From: a virus
Virus record (IMG/VR): IMGVR_UViG_3300035682_000005
DNA length: 64,000 bases
Reading direction: 5' to 3' (one strand)
In this document: positions 28,769 through 39,173 of the stretch, one piece after another
Numbering within the stretch: the stretch's first letter is position 1
Layout of the letters: each line of letters begins with the position of its first letter
Position numbers and translations under genes: made by a program
The notes under the pieces: model-generated
Told to the model about the DNA's origin: nothing
Databases searched by the model: none
The model's input: the letters and a program-made list of their open reading frames with translations, nothing else

Positions 28769-30061
28769 ATGAAAAACATATTGCTCTCCATTTTGATTCT
28801 TGTTGTGCCACTTTTTGTTCCAATAAGTTCAGTTGCAATCGCCCAAGGGCTTCCAAACGTTGGTTATGCGACATTCAACCTGACGGCCAATAAGTTTAAT
28901 TGTGAGGGCTACATAAAATCTATAGCTCCATTGGAAGAACTACACATAGCATTTTTGTATAACACATTTGGCAACAACTTTTCTTGCTTAGAACGTTTGC
29001 TTGCAGACCCCAGGCTAAAGACACTTGAAGTGAACTTAATAAACGAACCTGGTCACAGAAACAATCGCCTTGGCAAATATGAATTTTTATATAATGTTGG
29101 ATCTGTTGCAACTTGGAACAAAAAACTTGTTGCAAAAGATGTTGCCTTAAAGCAGAAGTATGTCAACTATGTTAAACCTATTCAAAATGTGTTGTCACAG
29201 CATCTTCAGCCACATACAACATTGATGATAAATCCTGGGTTAGAGAGTAATGTTTCCGCAACTGCTGGCCGCGTGTTGATTGCATGGACACGAGACTTGT
29301 TTCCTAATGCTCGCATTGTGTGGAATCCACATAAAGCATCGTTGAGCACACGAAGAATTGTTAATGCAGACCTTGTAGAAGGTCACGGACTTTACCCGGC
29401 TCTTAAAGAGCCTTGCGTGTACAACATGGATGGAGCTGATGTTAAGTATGCAAATAGACCTGCCCTTGGTGAAAACTCAGGCACAAAAAACTATTTTCAT
29501 TCTGGTGCTCCTTTGTTTCAACAATTAGAAAAATATGCAAACCGATGTGAAGTTGCTTTTGTGTGGACACAAGAGGGTAACGGTCTTAGTTATAAGCAAG
29601 GTTTTAAAGACCCTAGAACGCGCAATCATTTCATACCAACTTCGATGTATAATCAAATCATGCGAGATATTATTGCTGTACAAAAGCGAGGTCGCATTGC
29701 ACCTAAAAGTGACACATACACAGCTAAAGACAATAGTGTTGTTTCATCGTGCAGTATTGTGTCCTCTAACTTTGAAGATGGTCTGAAGTATGGTAGACTA
29801 TTAAAGCAGTCTGAGTTTCCAGACCGTGGCGGTGTGTTAATTTTGCCAACAGAGTTTCGTTCAGTCAAGACCGCAAAAATAATAAAAGGCACAAAAATTG
29901 TCGATGAATTTAGAAACACTGGTCCATATCATGATGGTCGTCCATTGTTTCGTTCTAATCTTTCTCCTACAAATTATCCTGTCAACACTTATCTGGTGTT
30001 TAATAAGCAAAATGTCCGATACTGTTACAAATTGCCTTTCCCAAGAATACGATTGGACTAA
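28769..30061 (+). CDS. exported hypothetical protein
   Basis: Sec-type signal peptide MKNILLSILILVV...AIA. Confidence 0.65.
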   Translation: MKNILLSILILVVPLFVPISSVAIAQGLPNVGYATFNLTANKFNCEGYIKSIAPLEELHIAFLYNTFGNNFSCLERLLADPRLKTLEVNLINEPGHRNNRLGKYEFLYNVGSVATWNKKLVAKDVALKQKYVNYVKPIQNVLSQHLQPHTTLMINPGLESNVSATAGRVLIAWTRDLFPNARIVWNPHKASLSTRRIVNADLVEGHGLYPALKEPCVYNMDGADVKYANRPALGENSGTKNYFHSGAPLFQQLEKYANRCEVAFVWTQEGNGLSYKQGFKDPRTRNHFIPTSMYNQIMRDIIAVQKRGRIAPKSDTYTAKDNSVVSSCSIVSSNFEDGLKYGRLLKQSEFPDRGGVLILPTEFRSVKTAKIIKGTKIVDEFRNTGPYHDGRPLFRSNLSPTNYPVNTYLVFNKQNVRYCYKLPFPRIRLD

Positions 30062-30134
30062 ATTATAGCTTGTCTTTACAATTCAAGTTTGCTATATTCT
30101 TTTTCAGTTAATCGTGATTATCTGAGGTATTTTC

Positions 30135-32066
30135 ATGTCTAAACTTCCTACACTTTATCAACAGTTCATTCACCTTTCTCGATACAGCCGATGGCTGTCA
30201 GATGAAAAAAGACGAGAAACGTGGGAGGAGACTGTTGATAGGTATTTTAATTTTTTTGAAACACATCTACAAAATCGTTGTGAGTACGCGCTCAAAAAAA
30301 CAACTCGCGAAGAGTTGAAAGAAGCAATACTTACACTTGATGTTATGCCATCAATGCGATGTCTTATGACAGCTGGTCCAGCATTAGAGCGCGATGAAAT
30401 TGCCGGCTATAATTGCTCCTTTGTTGCTATTGATAGTCCGCGTTCTTTTGATGAAATTCTATACATTCTTTCGTGTGGTGTAGGTGTTGGCTTTTCTGTT
30501 GAGCGTCAATACGTAACACAGCTGCCATCAGTGTCGGAAGAGTTTTATGATACGGATACAACAATTGTAGTGCAAGACTCTAAGATTGGTTGGGCAAAAT
30601 CACTTAAAGAATTAATTGGACTTTTGTATCAGGGTCAGGTGCCAAAAGTTGATGTCTCTCGCGTTCGACCTTCTGGCGCACCACTTAAAACATTTGGTGG
30701 TCGTGCATCAGGACCACAACCACTTGTTGCTCTTTTTGAATTCTGTATTAAGACATTTAAAGCAGCCGCAGGACGTAGACTACAATCTATCGAATGCCAT
30801 GACATTGTGTGTAAGATTGCAGAAGTAATTGTTGTTGGGGGTGTTCGTCGTTCTGCACTTATCTCTCTTAGCAATCTTTCAGATGACAGAATGCGCGCAG
30901 CTAAATCTGGTCAGTGGTGGATAGAAAACGTTCAACGAGCACTTGCAAACAACAGTGCTTGCTACACTGAGAAGCCTGACATTGGCATCTTCATGGACGA
31001 ATGGAAGTCTCTGTATGAATCGCGCTCTGGTGAACGAGGTATCTTTAATCTTGTAGCAGCAAAAAAGAGTGCAGAAAATCTTGGCACAAATTCTCATGGT
31101 GCTCTGCGGCGTGATGTGTCAAAAATTGCCGGTACAAATCCATGTGCTGAAATTCTTCTTCGTAACAAAGGCTTCTGTAATCTTTCAGAAGTTGTTGTTC
31201 GTGCTGAAGATACAAAAGAAACTCTACTCAAGAAAGTTGAAATTGCAACAATACTTGGTACGTTTCAATCGTCACTTACAGACTTCAGATATCTTTTAAA
31301 AGAATGGAAGAAGAATGCAGAAGAAGAGCGTTTGTTAGGCGTCTCACTTACGGGCATCCTTGACAACTTGTTTATGTCAACTCCAAGTGATGAACTCAAA
31401 GAGTTTCTAGTTGAGTTGCGTGATAAAACAATTGAGACAAATCGAAAGTGGTCAAAGTTGTTAGGTATTCCTGAATCTGCATCTATCACTTGCGTAAAAC
31501 CATCGGGCACAGTATCACAGCTCGTTGATAGTGCTAGCGGCATTCATCCTCGACACTCTGATTACTACATCAGAACAGTGCGATCAGATAACAAAGATCC
31601 ACTTTGTATACTCATGAAGCAGATGGGTTTTCCTAATGAACCTGATGTTACAAAACCAGAACACACAACGGTGTTTTCTTTCCCTGTTAGGTCGCCAGAT
31701 CATGCTCGTTTTAGAAATCAAGTGACCGCTATTCAGCATCTTGAGTTGTGGATGTTTTACAAGAAGTTTTGGGCAGAGCATACGGTGTCTATCACAATCT
31801 CTGTAAAAGAAAATGAGTGGCTAGATGTTGCAGCATATGTGTTCAAACACTTCGATCACATTTCTGGAATATCATTCTTACCATTCAGTGATCATGTATA
31901 CAAACAAGCGCCATATCAAGACTGCACAAAAGATCAGTATCAAGCACTTTGTTCCAAGATGCCTCAGGATGTTGACTGGTCGAAATTGCATATATACGAG
32001 AAGGAAGATACGACCACATCCACACAAGAATTGGCTTGTGTTGCAGGTTCGTGTGAACTTACATAA
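30135..32066 (+). CDS. nrdJ: class II (B12-dependent) ribonucleotide reductase
   Basis: YNC, GGVRRSA, TNPCAEI, KPSGT, C-terminal CxxxxC; no nrdB adjacent. Confidence 0.9.
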   Translation: MSKLPTLYQQFIHLSRYSRWLSDEKRRETWEETVDRYFNFFETHLQNRCEYALKKTTREELKEAILTLDVMPSMRCLMTAGPALERDEIAGYNCSFVAIDSPRSFDEILYILSCGVGVGFSVERQYVTQLPSVSEEFYDTDTTIVVQDSKIGWAKSLKELIGLLYQGQVPKVDVSRVRPSGAPLKTFGGRASGPQPLVALFEFCIKTFKAAAGRRLQSIECHDIVCKIAEVIVVGGVRRSALISLSNLSDDRMRAAKSGQWWIENVQRALANNSACYTEKPDIGIFMDEWKSLYESRSGERGIFNLVAAKKSAENLGTNSHGALRRDVSKIAGTNPCAEILLRNKGFCNLSEVVVRAEDTKETLLKKVEIATILGTFQSSLTDFRYLLKEWKKNAEEERLLGVSLTGILDNLFMSTPSDELKEFLVELRDKTIETNRKWSKLLGIPESASITCVKPSGTVSQLVDSASGIHPRHSDYYIRTVRSDNKDPLCILMKQMGFPNEPDVTKPEHTTVFSFPVRSPDHARFRNQVTAIQHLELWMFYKKFWAEHTVSITISVKENEWLDVAAYVFKHFDHISGISFLPFSDHVYKQAPYQDCTKDQYQALCSKMPQDVDWSKLHIYEKEDTTTSTQELACVAGSCELT

Positions 32067-32299
32067 TGGGAAAGAAAGCAAAAAAAAGTTGTGTATGCCA
32101 TGAATGTGAAGTTGAATTTGATATAGTCATCACCAGCAGCCCCGCCGGCCGCCATACTCCACAGATTTGTCCTTTCTGTGGAGATAGCGTTGACATTAAA
32201 GATGACCGACCATTTCTCAAAGACTTTGATGAGTATGATGAGTTTGATGATGATGGGTATTACACTGAAGATGAAGACGATCTTGATGATGAAGATTAG
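32066..32299 (+). CDS. zinc-ribbon protein with acidic tail
   Basis: CHEC..CPFCG; D/E-rich end. Confidence 0.7.
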   Translation: MGKKAKKSCVCHECEVEFDIVITSSPAGRHTPQICPFCGDSVDIKDDRPFLKDFDEYDEFDDDGYYTEDEDDLDDED

Positions 32300-32301
32300 T
32301 C

Positions 32302-32862
32302 ATGTCACCAGTCACAATAGGAATAGATTACTCGATGTCATCGCCTGCTATTGCCGTTCACACAGGTGATGTTTGGTCTTTTGATTCATGCCAGTTCTAT
32401 TTTCTAACGTCTGTAAAAAAGTTTGAGATTAAGACGCCTCGTGTTGAATCGATGCTATACAAGAATTGGCAATCAAACGAAGAGCGATTTGATTACATCT
32501 CTTCTTGGTCGTTGAACATCATTAAAAAACATCCAGATGCAAGCGTGTTCATAGAAGATTATGCATTTGCAGCCAAAGGTGTTGTGTTTCACATTGGTGA
32601 GTGTGCCGGCACATTAAAACACAAGCTTTGGCTAAACAAGTTTCAATATAAAACATTTTCTCCACCATCTGTCAAAAAGTTTGCATCTGGCAAAGGTAAC
32701 GCAAACAAGATTGCCATGCATGATGCATTCATAAACGAGACTGCATTTAACATCACCGCAACCCTCGATTGTAAAGTTGGAGATAGTCCTGCAAGTGATG
32801 TTATCGATGCGTACTATGTTGCCAAATATGGCTTCAGCAGCCTCTCTACGAAAAACTCGTAG
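32302..32862 (+). CDS. RuvC-like resolvase
   Basis: IGIDYS, IEDY, P..VKK..GKGNA.K, D..DA. Confidence 0.8.
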   Translation: MSPVTIGIDYSMSSPAIAVHTGDVWSFDSCQFYFLTSVKKFEIKTPRVESMLYKNWQSNEERFDYISSWSLNIIKKHPDASVFIEDYAFAAKGVVFHIGECAGTLKHKLWLNKFQYKTFSPPSVKKFASGKGNANKIAMHDAFINETAFNITATLDCKVGDSPASDVIDAYYVAKYGFSSLSTKNS

Positions 32863-33075
32863 TCGCATTCTAGGATCGTTTTTAAGCAAAAATAGTCATA
32901 AGACGATACTTTACTCATCTTTTTAGAAATCGCCGTTCCTATTGCATTTTCGTTTTCTAACTAGTTGATTTTATTAAGCGAAAAAAAGCGATTTTTTCGT
33001 TGTTCTGTTCTCTTTTTAGTGTTACTCTCTCAGTGTTCAAAACCGTTTCTTTCCAAATTAAATAGAGCTACAACA

Positions 33076-34185
33076 ATGAGAGCAAAATCCAGATACGCTG
33101 TTACTGAGGAAGAGCCACGTTTAAAGCCTGTCGAAACAGAGAGCATCGAATCACAACTTAGTAAGATGCTGACTTGGTACAATTACAATCGCAACAATGA
33201 AGATGCAAAAAAGTATTTTGTAGAATTCTTAAGGCAGTCTGGAGAACCATCAGACACACTCACAAAGATTGAAGAGTGCTCAACGCTTCCTTTGTCGTGT
33301 ACGATTGGATGGTTGTGTCGCATTAAACTTGTCAACATTGATGCTATGCCCAAAACGTATAGTGAAAAAATTGAACGAGAGAAGATGCGAGTGCTTCAAG
33401 TTGTTCTTGCAAAGAAAACTGTTGAAGAAAAGCCTCAAGCTGAGAAAAAACCAAGCGTTCAAGATCATCTTGAGAATCAATTGCGAGAGCTGTTGAGTGA
33501 TCTTGCACTAAAGATCGATGAGTTTGTTGAGACTCGTTGTAAGTCTGCATTCAATCCATATGAATGGCTTAAATCATTTAATGTTAAGCATCAACATGCA
33601 AAAGGTATAGCTGAATATTTTGAAAAGAATCTTTTGTCTGAATTGCGTGATGCTGAATCTGGAGCATGTGAGCAGTTAGTTGAAGCATATTCGTTTTTGA
33701 AAAAAGCTGAACTTAAAAAGTTTATCACATTTGTTGAGTCTATTGTCGAAGAGTCTCGCAAGTGGAGTGATGTTGCAAAACAGATCTCACTCAACAACAG
33801 AGCACCGCGAGCAAAGAAGCCAAAGTCGCCACTGAAACAAGTTGCAAAATTAAAGTATCAAAAAGATCATGAAGGACTTAAGAGTATTCCACCAACACAG
33901 ATTTGTGGAGCAACACAACTTTGGGTCTACAACACAAAGTACAGAACACTTGGCGTATACATTTGCAATAACGCACATGGATTCTCAGTCAAAGGATGTT
34001 CAATCTTAAACTACGATGCAACTGAATCAGTAGCAAAGACTTTGAGAAAACCAGAAGAAATTCTTCCAAAAGTTTTCGAGTCTGGAAAAGTTGCACTCAA
34101 AAAGATTCTTCCAAATGTTCGTTCTAAGGAAAAGAAATTGACTGGACGAATTAATGAAGATACAATACTCCTTAAAGTTGTGTAA
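33076..34185 (+). CDS. conserved T4-like hypothetical protein
   Basis: WYNY, QLVEAYS, LWVYNTKYR, KTLRKP, GRINE. Confidence 0.7.
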   Translation: MRAKSRYAVTEEEPRLKPVETESIESQLSKMLTWYNYNRNNEDAKKYFVEFLRQSGEPSDTLTKIEECSTLPLSCTIGWLCRIKLVNIDAMPKTYSEKIEREKMRVLQVVLAKKTVEEKPQAEKKPSVQDHLENQLRELLSDLALKIDEFVETRCKSAFNPYEWLKSFNVKHQHAKGIAEYFEKNLLSELRDAESGACEQLVEAYSFLKKAELKKFITFVESIVEESRKWSDVAKQISLNNRAPRAKKPKSPLKQVAKLKYQKDHEGLKSIPPTQICGATQLWVYNTKYRTLGVYICNNAHGFSVKGCSILNYDATESVAKTLRKPEEILPKVFESGKVALKKILPNVRSKEKKLTGRINEDTILLKVV

Positions 34186-34186
34186 T

Positions 34187-35581
34187 ATGAATACGATATT
34201 TTTTGACCTTGAAACTACTGACTTAAACACTGTTGGACAAATACTCAACTATGCCTTTGTAGAAGTTGATGCCAACTGGAACATCAAGTCCATGTTGTGT
34301 GATAAGATTACGATCTCTCGCACACAATTGCCGTCGCCTGGTGCCATCTTAGCAACTCGCACTGATATCTTTGAACACATAGCAGAAGCTAAAGATCCAG
34401 AACATATTGCACTAGCAAAAATTCAGAAATACATTTCTGACATAGTAGAGTGGCAAGAAACTCGTCTTGTGGGATTTAACTCAAATAAATTCGACGTGCC
34501 GTATTTGCGAACAAGCATGATAAGAAACGGATTGAATCCATACTTTGGAGGATCAATTAAGTATGGTGATGTTCTTCATGTTGTTCGTAGACTTGCATGT
34601 GACAACGCAGAATTTTGTAGCAAGCTGCAACGAAGAGAAGATGGCCGCTTAATTTTTCGTCTTGAGTCTGTAACAAAATCTCTTGGTCTTCTTGATCCAT
34701 CAGAGATTCAAGCACACGAATCATTGTCTGATGTAATGCTTACAATCAAGCTCGCAAAATATCTTGCAGAAAACTACGATATCGACGTTAGATCATACAG
34801 TTCGTATGAGATTAACAACAATAGATTTGATGTTGTTAAAGTTTTTCCATACACAGACCAGAATGGACAAAAAGTCTCTGATGAATATTGCTACTTTACG
34901 GTACTTGAGCAGAACAAAACACAATCGTTGTTGATCAATCTTAAAAAGTTTGAAAACGGCGCATACAAAGATGCTGTTTCATGGTACAACAAAAACACAT
35001 CAGCACTCTATGTTCAAGAGTATTTGAAAAATGCTGATTTGCGCGACCGCGCTAACGTAGCTCGCGGCGCATTGTCTGATATCAACTTGCAGAATTTCTG
35101 GCCATCAAAAAATTGTGATGTTGAGCAGTTCATCTTTATGATGCCAATAAACCAGATATCTGCACTATATGATGCTGTCTGGCGTCGTGACTTGTATTTA
35201 ATTAAAGAGACTCAAAGTAAGTATGCAAGCCAGTTGTATTTGCGATTCTTGTGCAACACTGCCGATCTTGACCAAGTTGAGCCTCAACTAAAAGATTATG
35301 CCCTGTATCGCTACGGCGGAAAACTGAAAACTGATAAAGAAAATTTTGATGTTCAATATCAACCTGGAGTCTATAGTGAAAGTTTTCATCCAACGTATAA
35401 CGAATTGATTGTGCAAATTGATGAACTTGCAAAAATTCCAGAGAATCAACACATCATGTCTCAGTTAAAAAAGTTTTATGAATCTAGCGCCATTAGTGCT
35501 GTCGCTAGAAAGGAACTTCTAGCCATCAACAGGAGCAAAGATGCCGTACAAGAAAACAATTCATGTGCTCATAGACAATAA
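34187..35581 (+). CDS. DEDDh 3'-5' exonuclease (exonuclease I-like)
   Basis: FDLETT, GFNSNKFD, AHESLSDV. Confidence 0.8.
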   Translation: MNTIFFDLETTDLNTVGQILNYAFVEVDANWNIKSMLCDKITISRTQLPSPGAILATRTDIFEHIAEAKDPEHIALAKIQKYISDIVEWQETRLVGFNSNKFDVPYLRTSMIRNGLNPYFGGSIKYGDVLHVVRRLACDNAEFCSKLQRREDGRLIFRLESVTKSLGLLDPSEIQAHESLSDVMLTIKLAKYLAENYDIDVRSYSSYEINNNRFDVVKVFPYTDQNGQKVSDEYCYFTVLEQNKTQSLLINLKKFENGAYKDAVSWYNKNTSALYVQEYLKNADLRDRANVARGALSDINLQNFWPSKNCDVEQFIFMMPINQISALYDAVWRRDLYLIKETQSKYASQLYLRFLCNTADLDQVEPQLKDYALYRYGGKLKTDKENFDVQYQPGVYSESFHPTYNELIVQIDELAKIPENQHIMSQLKKFYESSAISAVARKELLAINRSKDAVQENNSCAHRQ

Positions 35582-35619
35582 CCATGCAGCTACAATAACA
35601 GTGGATATTAAAGACAATT

Positions 35620-35961
35620 ATGCAACAGAGATTGGTACAACCAGCAAAATTGGTGACGAGCTTGATAAGTTCCTCACTGAGCTTATTAAGAAGAATTCTG
35701 ACAAGATCAACCTCCAATGAGATGCCACAGAGAAGAATCAATCTTCTTAAGCAAGTTGATTTTTTGATCGACACTCTTTCAATGTCAAAACTTGATATTC
35801 TATACATGGAGAATTTAAAGATGCCACTTGCGCCAGATGAGCGCATTTACTTTACACAACAGATTGACCGAATCAATAGCGCACTAAAGATACTTCTTTG
35901 GATGCGACACAACATAGAAACAAATCAAAAATTTTGGAAGAAATTTTTACATTGGGGGTAA
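35620..35961 (+). CDS. hypothetical protein
   Basis: ORF track; true start may be 35717. Confidence 0.5.
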   Translation: MQQRLVQPAKLVTSLISSSLSLLRRILTRSTSNEMPQRRINLLKQVDFLIDTLSMSKLDILYMENLKMPLAPDERIYFTQQIDRINSALKILLWMRHNIETNQKFWKKFLHWG

Positions 35962-35964
35962 CTT

Positions 35965-36198
35965 ATGGGATTCATCATTACGGGTATCATTGTTGCATTT
36001 GCATTCTTTCTTGGTCGCACCTTAGCTAGAGTTGAAAATGCAATGACGTTCAAAGATCAACTTTTGTTGTTTGTCACGATCATAATCAAAGTTGATCAGT
36101 TGCTTTCATTTTCTGGTAAAAGCATTAAAGATTTGAGTGCTCGTGAAGTCATCGAAAAAGTTCAACAACAATTGGATCTAATGAACAATGGCAAGTAA
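35965..36198 (+). CDS. small membrane protein
   Basis: hydrophobic N-terminus. Confidence 0.55.
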   Translation: MGFIITGIIVAFAFFLGRTLARVENAMTFKDQLLLFVTIIIKVDQLLSFSGKSIKDLSAREVIEKVQQQLDLMNNGK

Positions 36199-36316
36199 CG
36201 CGCTTGGTATAGTTGTCACGATTATTGCATGTGCAATTCCATTTTACGCCATCGGCTATCGATTTGGCTACGAACGCGCCATTAGTGACATGAAAAAGAT
36301 TCGTTTTAGGAAGTAA
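36188..36316 (+). CDS. small membrane protein (42 aa)
   Basis: MASNALGIVVTIIACAIPFYAIGYRFGYERA...; fills the gap. Confidence 0.45.
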   Translation: MASNALGIVVTIIACAIPFYAIGYRFGYERAISDMKKIRFRK

Positions 36317-36321
36317 CTTAT

Positions 36322-36573
36322 ATGGATATACTCATCATCGCAGTTGTTGCAGTGTTTAATTTTTTTCTTGGCTCCTGTGTTGCTTATGTCGTAAGTCTGC
36401 AACACCAGAGAAAGAAAGAAGACGTTGAAGAGAAAGAAATTTATTGTCATGGGTTTGAAGACGGCATATATTATACTATAGACGAATACAATCCTGAGAT
36501 GTTTAGAAAAGAGATTGCTGAAGCTCGTTACAAAGAATACAAAGCTATTAAGTATGGTCCAGAGAGGCATTAA
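36322..36573 (+). CDS. small membrane protein
   Basis: N-terminal TM. Confidence 0.55.
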   Translation: MDILIIAVVAVFNFFLGSCVAYVVSLQHQRKKEDVEEKEIYCHGFEDGIYYTIDEYNPEMFRKEIAEARYKEYKAIKYGPERH

Positions 36574-36579
36574 ACTGAT

Positions 36580-37770
36580 ATGAGCACAGAACACATTGAA
36601 CAAGAGACGACACAACAGAAGCCTTGGCAAAAAGGTTTTAGTCTAGCACACATTAACGCAATTAAAGATAATTTTGCATGTTACAACAAGTTTGCATTCT
36701 CTCCGTTTGCGCAGTGGAATGGACCAAAGATCGCAGACTCTCTTTCTAAACAAAGATTAGTTCCTATAAACGGCGCTGGATATATTGACACTCACGTTGC
36801 AAAGACGAGCACAAACATTGTCATGTACTACGATGTCATCATTGGAAAGAAACTCAGGGGAGACAGAATCATTAATGCTATTGGTGTTGTTGATGGCGGC
36901 TCAACCAAGATTATGATTGATGCAATCAAAGAATTGGCATCAAAGGACACAACACAATCGACTTGGGCATACATTTGGGAAGAAGATGAATCACAACGCA
37001 ACGTCATTGAGAAAGCGGGCTTTAAAAAAGTTGGTATTAAAGTTACTACGTTCTCTGAGATCTACGGTGTGTACTTCAAAGATGCAGTTGACGCAACAAC
37101 AGCACGAAAGCATCCATATGTTGATCCAGCAGAACAACTTTCACTCGTTAAATTAAAGACGCCTGAACTCACAAAGTTGTGCGACAAGATTGCAAAGAAA
37201 CTTGATGCACTTGATGTTGAGTATGCAAATCACTACTCAAAGCACAACAAAGGACGTGCATGGTCTGCAATCTCACTCAGAGGGTTTTCACAAGACCCAT
37301 CCTTTATCTCTAAGCCAGTGTGCATGGGCGAAGCGTGGAACAAAGAACATGCTAATGAGTCATATGCTCTTCAAGATACAGAAATGCGAGCAGTGTTTCC
37401 TGAAGTTGAAGAAGTTGTAAAACTACTTGGACTTGGAACTCAAGAGCGCATTCGATTTATGAGACTTGCTCCAGGTGGAGGTGAACTCACTCGACACACA
37501 GATCAAGTTGAGCCTGATGCTGGTGTTACTGATGGCACGTTGATGCGCATTCACTTGCCAATCAAGACAAACCCAAAAGTAGACTTCACGGTATGGGATT
37601 ACAGAGGACAAGAGCGCACAGTAAACATGACAAAGGGAGAGCTGTGGTATCTTGACATACGCAAGCCACACAGAGCTATAAATGGTGGTAATGAAGAGCG
37701 CATACACCTTGTAATTGATATCGGAGCTACAAATGAGCTTAAATCTCTCCTCCCAGACGAAGTTGAATAG
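36580..37770 (+). CDS. GNAT-like domain fused to Asp/Asn beta-hydroxylase-type 2OG-Fe(II) oxygenase
   Basis: HTD..RIHLPI..HRAIN..RIHLVID; N-terminal IEKAGFKKVG. Confidence 0.75.
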   Translation: MSTEHIEQETTQQKPWQKGFSLAHINAIKDNFACYNKFAFSPFAQWNGPKIADSLSKQRLVPINGAGYIDTHVAKTSTNIVMYYDVIIGKKLRGDRIINAIGVVDGGSTKIMIDAIKELASKDTTQSTWAYIWEEDESQRNVIEKAGFKKVGIKVTTFSEIYGVYFKDAVDATTARKHPYVDPAEQLSLVKLKTPELTKLCDKIAKKLDALDVEYANHYSKHNKGRAWSAISLRGFSQDPSFISKPVCMGEAWNKEHANESYALQDTEMRAVFPEVEEVVKLLGLGTQERIRFMRLAPGGGELTRHTDQVEPDAGVTDGTLMRIHLPIKTNPKVDFTVWDYRGQERTVNMTKGELWYLDIRKPHRAINGGNEERIHLVIDIGATNELKSLLPDEVE

Positions 37771-38209
37771 AGCGACAATAGATCAGCTAGATGAGATCTT
37801 TAGTCACTTCTATAATTGCCGCGAGTGGTTTCCTCACATACGAAAAGATTATGTTGAGCGAAACATATTTGCAGGCAACGTCATTTACGAAGATGGGGTC
37901 ATAATCATTTTCAATCAATACAAGCGTAGACAGCGTATTGGTAATGTTGAAGCCCAGCGAGGCGATTTCATACTTCATCAGATATTGAATCCATATAGAA
38001 ATGTAGACAAGCGTATTGATGCGTCTGAAGTCATGAAACGATTCTGTGCCGAATGTGCAGCCAATGTGTATCTGTCAGTTCGTGAAGAAAATGAACGTGC
38101 ATGCCACTTCTATTTGAAAAATGGATTTGAGCAATCGGGCAGGATCGCATGGTCAAATGGAACTCTTCCTGGATTGGTTTTTATCCATAGAGCCAAGCCA
38201 CAAAAATAA
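37763..38209 (+). CDS. GNAT acetyltransferase
   Basis: LHQI; LSVREENERACHFYLKNGF; probable TTG start overlapping upstream stop. Confidence 0.75.
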   Translation: MNRATIDQLDEIFSHFYNCREWFPHIRKDYVERNIFAGNVIYEDGVIIIFNQYKRRQRIGNVEAQRGDFILHQILNPYRNVDKRIDASEVMKRFCAECAANVYLSVREENERACHFYLKNGFEQSGRIAWSNGTLPGLVFIHRAKPQK

Positions 38210-38276
38210 AATGTTTACACACTGATTCAAATGTAGTAATATTGTTATTATCGATATTGACACAGTAGGAGGCCTT

Positions 38277-39164
38277 ATCATATTAATTGACTTCAACCAA
38301 ACTCTGATTTCAAACCTGATGTCTCAGATTAGTTCTAACCCAACTTCTCAACTTTCTGAAGATATGATTCGCCATATGGTGCTTTCTTCTATTCTTTCAT
38401 ACAAGAAGAAGTTTGCTGACAAGTATGGTGAGATGGTGTTTTGTGCTGATGACAGACGATACTGGCGCCGTGATGCATTCCCATACTACAAAGCCAATCG
38501 CAAGAAAGCCCGTGATGCATCAAAGCATGACTGGAATCTCATCTTTACAACACTCAACAAGATTCGTGATGAGATCAAAGAAAAGTTTCCATACAAAGTA
38601 ATTCAAGTTGATGGTGCTGAAGCTGACGATATTATTGGCACAATGGTGCGCTACACTCAGACACACAAACTTTCGACAAACACTCTTGACCCCCAACCAG
38701 AAGATGTTCTTATCCTATCGGGTGATAAAGATTTTGTTCAGCTACAGAAGTTCTCAAATGTGAAACAGTTTTCGCCCATGATGAAGAAGTTTCTTACAAC
38801 TGATAATGCACAAAAAGTTTTGCTTGAGCACATTATCACTGGCGATTCAGGCGATGGTGTTCCAAATTTCTTGTCGAGTGATTCTGTTTTTGTGACCGAC
38901 GGTGCTCGACAGAAACCAATACGAAAAGACAAGCTCGCAGAATGGGTTGCCCTTGGAGACCCTGAAAAGTTTTGTGATGATTTGATGTTAAGAAACTTCA
39001 AAAGAAATCAGATGTTGATTGACTTGGATCAAACGCCTGTGGAAATCCAACAGAAAATTGTTGAATCTTATCAAAAAGGTCCATCAGGTGACAGGCGAAA
39101 TTTACTAAATTACTTTGTAGAAAATAGGCTTAAATACTTATTAGAAAGTATTTCTGAGTTTTGA
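38277..39164 (+). CDS. rnh: T4 RNase H / 5'-3' exonuclease (non-AUG start inferred)
   Basis: ILIDFNQ upstream of first ATG, YKANR, EADD, SGDKDF, GDSGDGVPN. Confidence 0.9.
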   Translation: MILIDFNQTLISNLMSQISSNPTSQLSEDMIRHMVLSSILSYKKKFADKYGEMVFCADDRRYWRRDAFPYYKANRKKARDASKHDWNLIFTTLNKIRDEIKEKFPYKVIQVDGAEADDIIGTMVRYTQTHKLSTNTLDPQPEDVLILSGDKDFVQLQKFSNVKQFSPMMKKFLTTDNAQKVLLEHIITGDSGDGVPNFLSSDSVFVTDGARQKPIRKDKLAEWVALGDPEKFCDDLMLRNFKRNQMLIDLDQTPVEIQQKIVESYQKGPSGDRRNLLNYFVENRLKYLLESISEF

Positions 39165-39173
39165 GGAAACAGT

